Source: Bacteriovoracia bacterium (lineage in GTDB: Bacteria; Bdellovibrionota; UBA1018; CAIPTA01). Taken from it: a stretch of 64,000 nt of DNA. Position 1 is the first letter of the stretch, and the number at the start of each line of letters is the position of its first letter. The stretch spans positions 64,001-128,000 of the forward strand of contig JBFWVL010000002.1 in assembly GCA_050246755.1 (NCBI GenBank). The letters run 5' to 3'. The notes beneath the pieces are model-generated. The model was not told the origin of the DNA and searched no databases. It saw only the letters and a program-made list of their open reading frames with translations. The translations under genes were made by a program, and so were the position numbers. Of this stretch, positions 19,042 through 27,749 are shown one piece after another.

Positions 19042-19554
19042 ATGAATTGCCCCTGCGGAAGCCAAAAAGACTATAGCCAATGCTGCGAGCCCTATATTAC
19101 GGGCAAAGAAAACGCGCCTACCCCGGAAGCCCTGATGCGCTCGCGCTATACGGCGTACGTGAAGGTAGCCGAACCCTACTTGAAAGAAACGTTGGCCCCC
19201 GAATCTCGCGGAGATTATAACGAAGGCGAAGTGCGCGAGTGGGCGAAGAAATCGGAGTGGCTTGGGCTGCAGATTTTGTCGGCCAAGGGCGATACGGTGG
19301 AATTTATTGCCAAGTACCGTACCCAGGGAAAGGTGCTAGAGCACCATGAGGTTTCTAAATTTAAGAAAAAAGGCGACCGCTGGTATTTCGTGGACGGGGA
19401 TTCTCACGTGCATGAAGAGGGAAAGGGGCATGAGCATCATGCGCCGCGCGAGCCGCAGAAGCCCATGGTGCGGGAAGAGCCAAAAGTTGGCCGTAACGAC
19501 CCTTGCTCCTGCGGAAGCGGGAAAAAATTCAAGAAATGCCACGGGGCCGCTTAG
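19042..19554 (+). CDS. ychJ: YchJ family SEC-C metal-binding protein
   Basis: [48 protein letters not shown]. Confidence 0.93.
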   Translation: MNCPCGSQKDYSQCCEPYITGKENAPTPEALMRSRYTAYVKVAEPYLKETLAPESRGDYNEGEVREWAKKSEWLGLQILSAKGDTVEFIAKYRTQGKVLEHHEVSKFKKKGDRWYFVDGDSHVHEEGKGHEHHAPREPQKPMVREEPKVGRNDPCSCGSGKKFKKCHGAA

Positions 19555-19724
19555 CTATTTTTTCGCTTCTTGCCTTTACTCACGCTATTTCCTAACCGTT
19601 TTTGGCTTTTCTCGGCTTTAGTCTGCCTTCCCGGTTCATTTACTGCTAGGGGATCCAGGCTTTTGGGCCACGGTTTTCCTTTGAGGGTTTTGGGCGTGAT
19701 CGGCTTGCTTTGCATTTGGGGCAT
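19551..19724 (-). CDS. Small basic protein, 57 aa (not in the ORF track)
   Basis: [57 protein letters not shown]; SD GAAAGGA 5 nt upstream; sigma54-like promoter further upstream. Confidence 0.6.
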   Translation of the reverse strand: MPQMQSKPITPKTLKGKPWPKSLDPLAVNEPGRQTKAEKSQKRLGNSVSKGKKRKNS

Positions 19725-19779
19725 GGGGGTCCTTTCGGTTGGCGGTTATCCGTTGGCGCTTGGCCACCCTAGACTAGTA

Positions 19780-19796
19780 AGCAAGCGGGGCACCAA
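19780..19796 (-). promoter_or_regulatory. Putative sigma54 promoter
   Basis: Minus strand TTGGTGCCCCGCTTGCT (GG-N10-GC with TTGC). Confidence 0.6.
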
Positions 19797-19880
19797 ATGA
19801 GTGTGATGCGGTAAATTTGCCATTTTTCCTCCCCCGAAATTTCCCGGCACTGCTAAAATCTCTCCATCGCTTGGGGAGTA

Positions 19881-21302
19881 ATGAGGTACGTAAATATACT
19901 TATTGATCGTTGGGCCCGGTTAAATTTCCGTACTCAATTAATTTTTTCCCACGGCCTGCTGGTGATCTTTGCGGTGGCCGCTTTAGGCCTCCTGGTGAAC
20001 GGCCTGACCGAAAAAATTCTCTTTAGACGAGGCTTCGATTTATTGGAGTCCACCAACCGGCTTTCTTTCACGCGATTCCGCGAGCGAATGGACGTGTTGG
20101 CATCGGCCGCCGACTCCTGCGACCCGAGCAGCAAACACTTGTGGAAGAGCCTTTTGTCTTCGCCCCATTTTGTCGGGTTCGATGCGACGGGAACGGAAAA
20201 ATTAGACATCATCAAAAAAAATGGCGAGTCCTTATTGCGTGTGGCGAGTGGCTGCGCCAAGAAAGCGGCCTTGCTGCGCACTAGCTGGCTTTCCAGTCTT
20301 TTCAACGACCGTACCGGCTTGGGAAAAAGCGGGGAAACTTACCTGATCGACCTGGCGGGAAGTCTCGTGACCGAATCGCGATTTTTAAAGAATCCGTCTT
20401 CGGCACCGCTCCCGACGAGATTAGCTGAGCACTGGCAGGGGTTGAAAAAAGACTACCGTGGTATTTCCGTGCTGGCCAGCTGGCGAAAAGTATCCTTGGG
20501 TGAATTTTCCGGCTACATTGCTTCCGAGATCGATGAAGCCGAGGTGAGAGAGCCGATCAAAGAGCTTTTTATTTCAGTGTTTGCGTTCTTTCTCGCGGTG
20601 TTGGCCGTGGCGGCGGCCATGGTGCCTTGGCTCGCAAAGGCTTTATCGAAAAATTTCGAGCGCGCGCAGGAGATGGAGCAGGTTAAAAACTTAGCCCTCA
20701 TCGAGGGCCAAGAAAAAGAACGCAACCGAATCAGCCTAGAGCTTCACGATGATATTGGGCAAAAGCTTACGGCCTTGGGCTGGAAGGTTTCGAGCGAAGG
20801 CGGCAGCGGTGCGAAGGCGCTCAACGATTTGGTGCGCGCGCTGGCCCAGCAAGTGCGCGCGCTTTCCGGTGATTTGTCGAGTTTGCTTATTCAAGAGGTA
20901 GGGCTGACGAAATCGCTCCGCCAGCTGCTAGATGAGGCCGGGGAAGCCCAGCGCGGAGCGACCAAATTTAAGCTGAACGTGGAGGGTAACCAAGCTGCGC
21001 TCCCCGGACAAAAAATCAGCACGGCGGTATACCGCGTGGGCCAGGAGGCGCTGTCGAATATCGTAAAGCATGCCCGGGCGAGAAACGTGGAATTTTCTCT
21101 TTTGCTTACCTCGGCGAAAATCGGCCTAGTCGTGACCGACGACGGGATCGGATTTGAATCCGGCGAGCGTGGAGGCGGCCTCGGCTTAAAAAATATGCGG
21201 TCTCGCGCCGAGGCATTCGGCGGAAAACTATACGTGACGAAGAACCAGCCGTCGGGCACGCGGGTGGAAATGACGATTCCATTAGAAGGAGGAAATGCGT
21301 GA
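19881..21302 (+). CDS. Membrane sensor histidine kinase (HisKA_3/NarX type)
   Basis: Two TM segments, ERNRISLELHDDIGQ, QEALSNIVKHA, DDGIGF, GLGL. Confidence 0.93.
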   Translation: MRYVNILIDRWARLNFRTQLIFSHGLLVIFAVAALGLLVNGLTEKILFRRGFDLLESTNRLSFTRFRERMDVLASAADSCDPSSKHLWKSLLSSPHFVGFDATGTEKLDIIKKNGESLLRVASGCAKKAALLRTSWLSSLFNDRTGLGKSGETYLIDLAGSLVTESRFLKNPSSAPLPTRLAEHWQGLKKDYRGISVLASWRKVSLGEFSGYIASEIDEAEVREPIKELFISVFAFFLAVLAVAAAMVPWLAKALSKNFERAQEMEQVKNLALIEGQEKERNRISLELHDDIGQKLTALGWKVSSEGGSGAKALNDLVRALAQQVRALSGDLSSLLIQEVGLTKSLRQLLDEAGEAQRGATKFKLNVEGNQAALPGQKISTAVYRVGQEALSNIVKHARARNVEFSLLLTSAKIGLVVTDDGIGFESGERGGGLGLKNMRSRAEAFGGKLYVTKNQPSGTRVEMTIPLEGGNA

Positions 21303-21904
21303 AAATTTTATTGGTGGACGATCATGTGATGGTTATCGAGGCATTGGCCCAAATGGTGAGAAAGTACTTTCCCCGGGCTCAGATATCCACCGCCGCCGAC
21401 AGGGCCGCGGCGCTCAGTTTTCTAAAAGCGAATGAAGATTGCGATGCCTTGGTTAGTGATCTTAGTTTTCACGGAAAAATGGATGGCTATGCAATCGTGA
21501 AAGAAGTGAGCAGTAAGTACCCGGAGATAGGAGTGGTAGTGCTTTCGATGCACGATGAGCATGCTTTCGTGCGCAAAGCTCTCGTTGAGGGGGCCCGCGG
21601 GTACATCGTAAAAACCGATCCGCCGGAAGAAATCTGCCGAGCGATCGAAAGTGTGGTGGCGGGGAAAACGTATTTATCCTCTTCGCTGAACGCTAAAAAA
21701 ATTGGCGAGCTCGAATCCTCGGCCCAGGAGCTTTCCGCGCGCGAGCAGGAAATCGCGCAGCTCGTGAAGAGTGGCGCAAGCTCCAAGGTAATTGGAGAGA
21801 AGTTAAGTATTAGCCCCCGCACGGTAGAAGTGCATCGGCGCAATTTAATGCGAAAGCTCGAGGTTCACAATACGGCGCAGCTGGTGGCGCTCTTAAATAA
21901 ATAG
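21299..21904 (+). CDS. NarL/LuxR-family response regulator
   Basis: LLVDDH, LSMHD, LSAREQEI...ISPRTVEVHRRNLMRKL. Confidence 0.95.
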   Translation: MKILLVDDHVMVIEALAQMVRKYFPRAQISTAADRAAALSFLKANEDCDALVSDLSFHGKMDGYAIVKEVSSKYPEIGVVVLSMHDEHAFVRKALVEGARGYIVKTDPPEEICRAIESVVAGKTYLSSSLNAKKIGELESSAQELSAREQEIAQLVKSGASSKVIGEKLSISPRTVEVHRRNLMRKLEVHNTAQLVALLNK

Positions 21905-21972
21905 CCGCGACACTTTGCCGCGAAGGGGCGGGTTGCCTCGTTTTTAGCCGGAAATATTGGTAAATCTGGACG

Positions 21973-22212
21973 ATGGAAAATATTGAAACCACGCAAGCCG
22001 TTCCCTCCACTAAAGTAAAATGGGGCATCAAAGTTCGCTGTGAGCCGGAAAGCCAGCTCTACGAAGTGAAGATCGTTCTGCCGATGGGCGAAGAAGATAA
22101 TCTTCCTACCCTGATGGAGCCAAACGTGATTCAGGCGTTTCCGGAAATCATGCGGGCGCTCGCCTCCGGGCGTTTACCGGGCAACGAGATTGACCTCGCC
22201 AATCGCCAATAG
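21973..22212 (+). CDS. Small hypothetical protein
   Basis: 79-aa ORF filling the gap, preceded by TG-n-TAAATC 6 nt before the ATG. Confidence 0.6.
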   Translation: MENIETTQAVPSTKVKWGIKVRCEPESQLYEVKIVLPMGEEDNLPTLMEPNVIQAFPEIMRALASGRLPGNEIDLANRQ

Positions 22213-22321
22213 CCGCCCGAACAATCTGCCGCGTATCTAGAACCTGGGCCCTATCTTGTATACGCTTTGGTCGTGCCTAATGCCCGCCAGGCGAAAGGGG
22301 GGGCCTTTATTCAGGGGTTTT

Positions 22322-22690
22322 ATGAGATTTTCTAAGATTTTTTCCTGCACCGTCGTTTCCCTCCTCTCCTTTGCCTTAGTGGAGGTGACTTTTTCTCTCA
22401 ACGCGCACGCCGGCATGATCGCTACCAGCACCGCCGTGGCTGATATGGCGCGAAGTGAGAACCGCGCGAAGGTGGACGCGTTTCTCGCCCGGCAAGACGT
22501 GCAGAACGAAATGATGAAGCGGGGGGTATTCCCGCAAGAGGCGGCCCAGAGGGTGGCGGCGCTATCGGATTTTGAGTTGCAAAACCTCGCGGGCAAAATT
22601 GATAGCGCGCCGGCCGGCGCCGACGTGATCGTGATCAGCTTGACCACGATTTTGCTCGTGGTGATCATCCTGCTTCTCCTTGGCCGCTAG
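22322..22690 (+). CDS. PA2779-family protein
   Basis: Signal peptide ending AHA, FLARQDVQ...RVAALSD.EL...PAG and a hydrophobic C-terminus. Confidence 0.88.
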   Translation: MRFSKIFSCTVVSLLSFALVEVTFSLNAHAGMIATSTAVADMARSENRAKVDAFLARQDVQNEMMKRGVFPQEAAQRVAALSDFELQNLAGKIDSAPAGADVIVISLTTILLVVIILLLLGR

Positions 22691-22698
22691 GCGGGTGA

Positions 22699-23634
22699 TT
22701 GAACAGAGCTCTTTGTCTCTTAGGTATCTCCATATTTGCTTTCGCCGGCTTCGGCTGCGCCGTTCCTGCGCGGCAAACCGAAGCTTTTCTATTAGCTCCG
22801 CGGGATATTCCCGAAGCTTATAAAATAGAAAATGTTTGGTTCATAAAACAGACCGAGAACTATTGCGGGCCTGCCACCCTGGCGATGGCCATGCGGTTCT
22901 GGGGAGAGCCTAGATCCGTGGAAGAATTGGCCTCGCAGGTATATACACCCGGAAAAAAGGGAACCTTGCAGCTCGATCTGATGAGCGCTAGCCGCCGTCA
23001 GGGAATGCTGGCGGTTCCGATTCAGGGCCTTTCGGCTTTGCTCCATGAAATCGCGGCGGGGCATCCTGTGATTGTGTTCGAGAATCTTGGCCTGAGCTGG
23101 TACCCAAGGTGGCATTACGCATTGGTTTATGGATACGACCTGCGTGAGCCGGAGATTATCCTTCATTCGGGGCCTGATAAAGAAAAGCACTGGAGCATGC
23201 GCAAATTCGAGCGGTCTTGGATGCTCGGCGACTATTGGGGGCTGGTGGTACTACCGCCGGATAAAATGTCGGCTTCCGGCGATGAGCTTGGGCACGCCGC
23301 CGCCGCGGCCGGCCTGGAGCAGGCGGGAAAAATTCCGGCAGCCGAGCTGGTGTATCAGAATATTCTGAAGCGCTGGCCCGGAAGCCTCGGCGCGCTGATT
23401 GGCATGGGAAATACTTCTTACGAAAAGAAAGAGTATCGGACGGCAGTTCGCTACCTCAAAGAGGCCACCGAGAAGCATCCGCTTTCGGCGGCGGCCTGGC
23501 ATAATCGCGCCACGGCCGAGGGGGCCGCGAAAATGGTTAAGGCCGCAAAAAAAAGTGCGGCCGAAGCTTTGCGTCTAGCTCCGGCCGAATCTATTTCCAC
23601 TTATCGCGAAAGCCTTAAGAATTGGCTGAACTAA
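22699..23634 (+). CDS. PA2778-family C39 cysteine peptidase lipoprotein with TPR repeats
   Basis: Lipobox-like GFGC, Q...CGPATLAM, WHYALVYGYD, C-terminal TPRs. Confidence 0.9.
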   Translation: MNRALCLLGISIFAFAGFGCAVPARQTEAFLLAPRDIPEAYKIENVWFIKQTENYCGPATLAMAMRFWGEPRSVEELASQVYTPGKKGTLQLDLMSASRRQGMLAVPIQGLSALLHEIAAGHPVIVFENLGLSWYPRWHYALVYGYDLREPEIILHSGPDKEKHWSMRKFERSWMLGDYWGLVVLPPDKMSASGDELGHAAAAAGLEQAGKIPAAELVYQNILKRWPGSLGALIGMGNTSYEKKEYRTAVRYLKEATEKHPLSAAAWHNRATAEGAAKMVKAAKKSAAEALRLAPAESISTYRESLKNWLN

Positions 23635-25433
23635 CTTTCCGCGGATCCGTCTTTTACCCATTTCTTTAGGACGAATTTCTTCTTTTTGGGACGGGCATCG
23701 CCGCCGAGAGAAGGGGGCATATAATCTTTTTTTGCTTCCGAAGCGGCGGCCGTTTTGGGGGCCGACTGTTGCTGCGCCGAGAATGGCTTGAAGGAAGGCT
23801 TGGATCCGTAGCGGGCGCCAGGGGTCTTATCGGAAAAGGTAGGGCGGCTGCTATGGCCTTCGGCTTTGCGTTTCCAGGGCGGTAGGCGCGTGTCGGCACC
23901 GGCCGCGCGGGGCTGGTAGCTGCGCTTTTCCCCGTAGGCTGGATTTTCGGAAAATCTCGGTTTGTCCGAAAATTTAGGACGGTCGGAGAACTTGCGATCC
24001 GAAAATTTAGGCTTATCGAAACGAGGGCGTTCCGAATCCTCGCGGCTGCGGGGAGCTGGACGTCCGGCACGGGCACCGCGCTCGGAATCGCCTTTGGGAG
24101 CGGCGGGCCGGGAGTCGGCCATTTTTTCGGTTTTTTTATCCGAGAACATATCGGGCAGCATCAGCGCGAGGAAACGGCCGGCCACGTCTTCGGGGCTCAT
24201 TTCTTTCAGCGCGGTCTTCCACTCTTCGGGCAAGATCGCGGTGGCGCGCCCTTGCGGGCCGGCCGCGTCGAAAGCTTTTTGCACGTTCGTGATGCGCTTC
24301 ATGGCGATATCGCGGGCCGTAGGAATCACGCCTTCGTTGATCTTGCTCTTCGTCATGCGCTCGATGCGGCCGAGCAATTCACGGTGGGAGAAGGTAACGA
24401 GGCTGATGGCCACGCCTTTCTTGCCGGAGCGGCCGGTGCGGCCGATGCGGTGAACGTAGTTATCGAGCTCGCGGGGAATCGAGTAGTTCACCACGTGGGT
24501 GATATCTTTTACGTCGAGGCCGCGGCAGGCTACGTCGGTGGCGATGAGCACCGAGATCTTGCGGTCGCGGAAACCTTTCATCACGCGGTCGCGGGCAGTT
24601 TGGTCGAGATCGCCATGCAAGCAATCCACGCGATAGCCTTTGCCGGAAAGGAAAGAATTTACGTCGGCCACGAGGGCTTTGGTTTGGCAAAATACGATTC
24701 CGTAGAAATCATCGGCGGCGTCGATGATCTTGGTGAGCAGCTCGGGCTTATCATATTCGTGAGTTTTGTAGAAAATCTGCTCTACGGTATCGGGAACCAT
24801 CTCGGTGCGATTCACTTGCACCTTTTTAGGGTTTTTTAGGTAGGCATCGGCTACGCCGCGCACGTCGCCGCTCATGGTGGCGGAGAAGAGCCAGATATTA
24901 GACTGGCCTTTGGGCGCAGCCTGGAGAACTTTCTCGAGGTCTTCTTTAAAGCCCATCGAGATCATCTCGTCGGCTTCGTCGAGGATGAGGGTTTTGAGGT
25001 TATTTAATTTCAGGGTGCCTTTATCGATATGGTCCACCACGCGGCCGGGAGTTCCCACCACCACGGTGGCGCCGTATTTCAGGCCATCGATCTGTTCGCG
25101 GTAGCCGGTGCCGCCATAAACTGGCAGGGATTTAATGCCGAGGTGTTTTCCCAAAAGATCGATCTGGCCGGCCACCTGAATCGCGAGCTCGCGAGTGGGG
25201 CAGAGGATGAGTGCTTGCACGCCGGTCTTTTTCTTGTCGATACGCTCGAGCAGCGGGATTCCGAAGGCAGCCGTCTTGCCGGTTCCGGTGGCGGCGAGGC
25301 CAAGGAAATCAGTGTCTGCGCCGAGCAGGAGGGGAAGGGTTTCCGCCTGAATCGGAGTAGGGGTTTCGTACCCTAACTCTTGAATGGCTTTCATTACGGG
25401 GGCAGAGAGGCTTAATTCATTGAAATTTTGCAT
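23631..25433 (-). CDS. deaD: DEAD-box RNA helicase (DeaD/CshA-like) with basic disordered tail
   Basis: ATGTGKT, PTRELA, DEADEM, SAT, HRIGRTGR. Confidence 0.9.
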   Translation of the reverse strand: MQNFNELSLSAPVMKAIQELGYETPTPIQAETLPLLLGADTDFLGLAATGTGKTAAFGIPLLERIDKKKTGVQALILCPTRELAIQVAGQIDLLGKHLGIKSLPVYGGTGYREQIDGLKYGATVVVGTPGRVVDHIDKGTLKLNNLKTLILDEADEMISMGFKEDLEKVLQAAPKGQSNIWLFSATMSGDVRGVADAYLKNPKKVQVNRTEMVPDTVEQIFYKTHEYDKPELLTKIIDAADDFYGIVFCQTKALVADVNSFLSGKGYRVDCLHGDLDQTARDRVMKGFRDRKISVLIATDVACRGLDVKDITHVVNYSIPRELDNYVHRIGRTGRSGKKGVAISLVTFSHRELLGRIERMTKSKINEGVIPTARDIAMKRITNVQKAFDAAGPQGRATAILPEEWKTALKEMSPEDVAGRFLALMLPDMFSDKKTEKMADSRPAAPKGDSERGARAGRPAPRSREDSERPRFDKPKFSDRKFSDRPKFSDKPRFSENPAYGEKRSYQPRAAGADTRLPPWKRKAEGHSSRPTFSDKTPGARYGSKPSFKPFSAQQQSAPKTAAASEAKKDYMPPSLGGDARPKKKKFVLKKWVKDGSAES

Positions 25434-25535
25434 TGTGACAGCTTCATATCACGCATTGCGCAAATCTCTGACTGATTCTCGGCATGGTGCAAAAATAAAA
25501 AGTAACCATTGGTCATTTTTATAAAAAATTAATGA

Positions 25536-25548
25536 TATCAGCAGGTTA
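25536..25548 (+). promoter_or_regulatory. IHF-like binding site
   Basis: TATCAGCAGGTTA matches WATCARNNNNTTR, with an A/T tract upstream. Confidence 0.4.
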
Positions 25549-25558
25549 ATATATGGTG

Positions 25559-25803
25559 AGCCGAGCGAGCCCCATGCTCAATCGGCTTGCCGTACCCCTC
25601 GCTCGACCCCTCATCCGCGCGCGCTGTGAGGGCTACAGCGAGATTTCTTTCTGCCAAGAAAGTGACCGAATTTCCGGCCTCGGAAATCGGCACGTTCATA
25701 AAAATATTGAACGCGGTTTCCAAGATAAGTTTTATTTATTCCGTGAGCGCGTAGGCGCCCGGCCACGGAGGAGCAAAGGCGCTCAGAAAACAATTGGGGT
25801 TTT
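25559..25803. ncRNA. Candidate structured RNA (chain of seven hairpins)
   Basis: Consecutive inverted repeats read by eye across the intergenic region; no family recognised. Confidence 0.4.
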
Positions 25804-25825
25804 GCGCGAGATTACCACTCATCCC

Positions 25826-26218
25826 TTATTTCCCCTGTCGGCCCGCGAGCTCTTTGGCGAAATGCTGGTGAAGATCGTGAAACTCTTTTTGCAGCATTTC
25901 CAGTTCTTCGTCGCTAAGGCATTCCAAATCTACGAGCGCATTGCGGGCGCCCTTCGCTGCCTTAAGGAGCTCGTTGAGCTTAAGGTGAACGGCGCGGGAA
26001 TCACGGTTCTGAGAATTTTGGATCACGAAAACCATGAGGAATGTAATGATCGTGGTGCTGGTATTGATCACGAGCTGCCAGGTATCGGAATAGTGGAAGT
26101 AATGGCCGCAGGCGAGCCAGGCTCCCACCGAAAATAAGGCGATAATGAAGGCAAACGGAGATCCTGCGGCCTCGGCGGTAGCATGGGAAAATTTGCGAAA
26201 TTCATCTCGGAAGGTCAT
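25826..26218 (-). CDS. Low-affinity iron permease (Fet4-like) family protein
   Basis: SDTWQLVINTSTTIITFLMVFVIQNSQNRD...KLNEL. Confidence 0.92.
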   Translation of the reverse strand: MTFRDEFRKFSHATAEAAGSPFAFIIALFSVGAWLACGHYFHYSDTWQLVINTSTTIITFLMVFVIQNSQNRDSRAVHLKLNELLKAAKGARNALVDLECLSDEELEMLQKEFHDLHQHFAKELAGRQGK

Positions 26219-26301
26219 GAAGGCTCCTAGAATTACCGCGCCGAAGCTCTCACACTCCAATAATGGAGAGTTAGCGCGAACTTGCCGCACAGTTTACCCC
26301 T

Positions 26302-26739
26302 TTACGCTCGAAGGCGCTTACGGAATTTTTCCCAGTCCCATTTGGGCTGTTGGCATAGGGCGGTGAGCTCGAGGCAGATCTCGTCGGGCATGGAATCGTA
26401 AAGCGCCATATAGGTGGCGGGCGGATTCCTTATTTTTAGCGTAGCGATCGCCGCCTGATCGAGTGAGAAACCGAAAGCACGGCAAATGACCAGGAGAATT
26501 TCTTTAGGATCTGGAGAAACTTTCTCGGCGCAGTCTCGGAAGAGCTCCGATTCAGAAACCTTGAGGGTTTTGGCGAGAGTGGTGATGGTTTCCGGGCCTA
26601 CCCATTTTTTTCCCGCCTCAATATTCTGCAAGAAGCTCGTCGAGAGTTTCGCGCGTTTCGCGAATTCTCCCTGAGTGAGGTCGCGCTCTTGGCGTAAGCG
26701 TTTGATATTTTCTCCGAGGCATTCCGAAACTGTTTTCAT
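26302..26739 (-). CDS. XRE-family HTH transcriptional regulator
   Basis: LGENIKRLRQERDLTQGEFA...LQNIEAGKKW; strong SD GAGGAGG. Confidence 0.92.
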   Translation of the reverse strand: MKTVSECLGENIKRLRQERDLTQGEFAKRAKLSTSFLQNIEAGKKWVGPETITTLAKTLKVSESELFRDCAEKVSPDPKEILLVICRAFGFSLDQAAIATLKIRNPPATYMALYDSMPDEICLELTALCQQPKWDWEKFRKRLRA

Positions 26740-26786
26740 TTTTCCTCCTCTACACGCAAAGGTTTATCGTCGGGCAATTACAGCCT

Positions 26787-26832
26787 AACAGAGTGTTTTT
26801 GATTGACAAAGAACATTCTATTGGAGTATATT
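26787..26832 (+). promoter_or_regulatory. Sigma70 promoter with adjacent palindromic operator
   Basis: TTGACA (26803-26808), 18-nt spacer, TATATT (26827-26832); palindrome AACA-GAG-TGTT (26787-26797) and a degenerate copy AACA-TTC-TATT in the spacer. Confidence 0.65.
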
Positions 26833-26957
26833 GAGCCTATCAGTAAGACCGGGTTTTGGATCCCAAGGATTGGGGTAGTGGGCTGGCAGACCCAGACCGA
26901 GAGGCTTGCACGCTAGCCAAATTGCGGTACCCGGCCGCTTAGCACAAGGAAGTAAGT

Positions 26958-27683
26958 ATGAGTCGTACGTTTATCACTGAACAGGGCACGGAATTGCCGT
27001 TGCTCAATCTCAAAGGCAAAGACTATCTCGAGGTGAAATACCGCCTCGTGTGGTTCCGCGAAGAACACCCTCAATGGTCGATCGAGACGGAATTCCTATC
27101 GATGGACGATCGCTCCGCCTGCGCGCGGGCGGTGGTGCGGGATGAAACCGGCAGGATCATCGCCACTTCCCATAAGGCAGAAACGGCCGGAAATTTTCCG
27201 GACTTTATGGAAAAGGCGGAGACCGGTGCCATCGGCCGCGCGCTCGCGCTGATCGGATTCGGAACCCAGTTCTGCGCCGATGAGCTCGACGAGGGAGATC
27301 GCATCGTGGATGCCCCCGTGGCCAAAAAATCGGACTACCAAATTCCTCCCAGCGTGGGTTTGGCGCGAATGGCCTCGGACAGGGAATTCAGCCTCGGGGA
27401 TTTCGAAGTGAAGTTCGGGAAAAAATATTTCGGCAAACGCCTGAAAGACATTCCCCGCGCGGAAATCGAATCCTATGTGGATTGGCTCGAAACCAATGCC
27501 AAACAAAAAATGACGGGCCCAAGCTACGAGCTTACTTTGCTGAAAGAAGCCGTGGACCGCTTCCACCATCCGGAGAAATACAAAGCTCCGGTGAAGGAAG
27601 AAAAAGTGGCGAAGAAAGAGGAGAAGCCCGCTAAGAAAGAAGAAAAGGCAGTGGTGGCCAAGGAAACGAACGCCGTGGTTTAG
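26958..27683 (+). CDS. Rad52/22- or ERF-like single-strand annealing protein homologue
   Basis: KGKDYLEVKYRLVWFR...EKAETGAIGRALALIGFG core typical of phage-type annealing/ssDNA proteins; C-terminal FGKKY.GKRLKDIP..Y..WL module; SD AAGGA. Confidence 0.7.
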   Translation: MSRTFITEQGTELPLLNLKGKDYLEVKYRLVWFREEHPQWSIETEFLSMDDRSACARAVVRDETGRIIATSHKAETAGNFPDFMEKAETGAIGRALALIGFGTQFCADELDEGDRIVDAPVAKKSDYQIPPSVGLARMASDREFSLGDFEVKFGKKYFGKRLKDIPRAEIESYVDWLETNAKQKMTGPSYELTLLKEAVDRFHHPEKYKAPVKEEKVAKKEEKPAKKEEKAVVAKETNAVV

Positions 27684-27698
27684 TTCTTAAAGACCAAG

Positions 27699-27736
27699 AG
27701 AAAAAGAGGCCGGTGTTTCCACCGGCCTCTTTTTCT
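27699..27736. terminator. Bidirectional intrinsic terminator
   Basis: AGAAAAAGAGGCCGGTG-TTTC-CACCGGCCTCTTTTTCT perfect stem. Confidence 0.9.
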
Positions 27737-27749
27737 TTCGGGGGCTCAA

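Noticed and set aside
19570-19800. 76-aa plus-strand ORF
   Set aside because: The minus-strand 57-aa ORF has the SD and promoter support; this one has neither.
25553-26137. 194-aa plus-strand ORF across the hairpin region
   Set aside because: It runs antisense through the Fet4-like gene, has no SD and has no protein-like features.
26840-26957. Retron msr-msd
   Set aside because: The ends pair, but no reverse transcriptase is encoded in the window.
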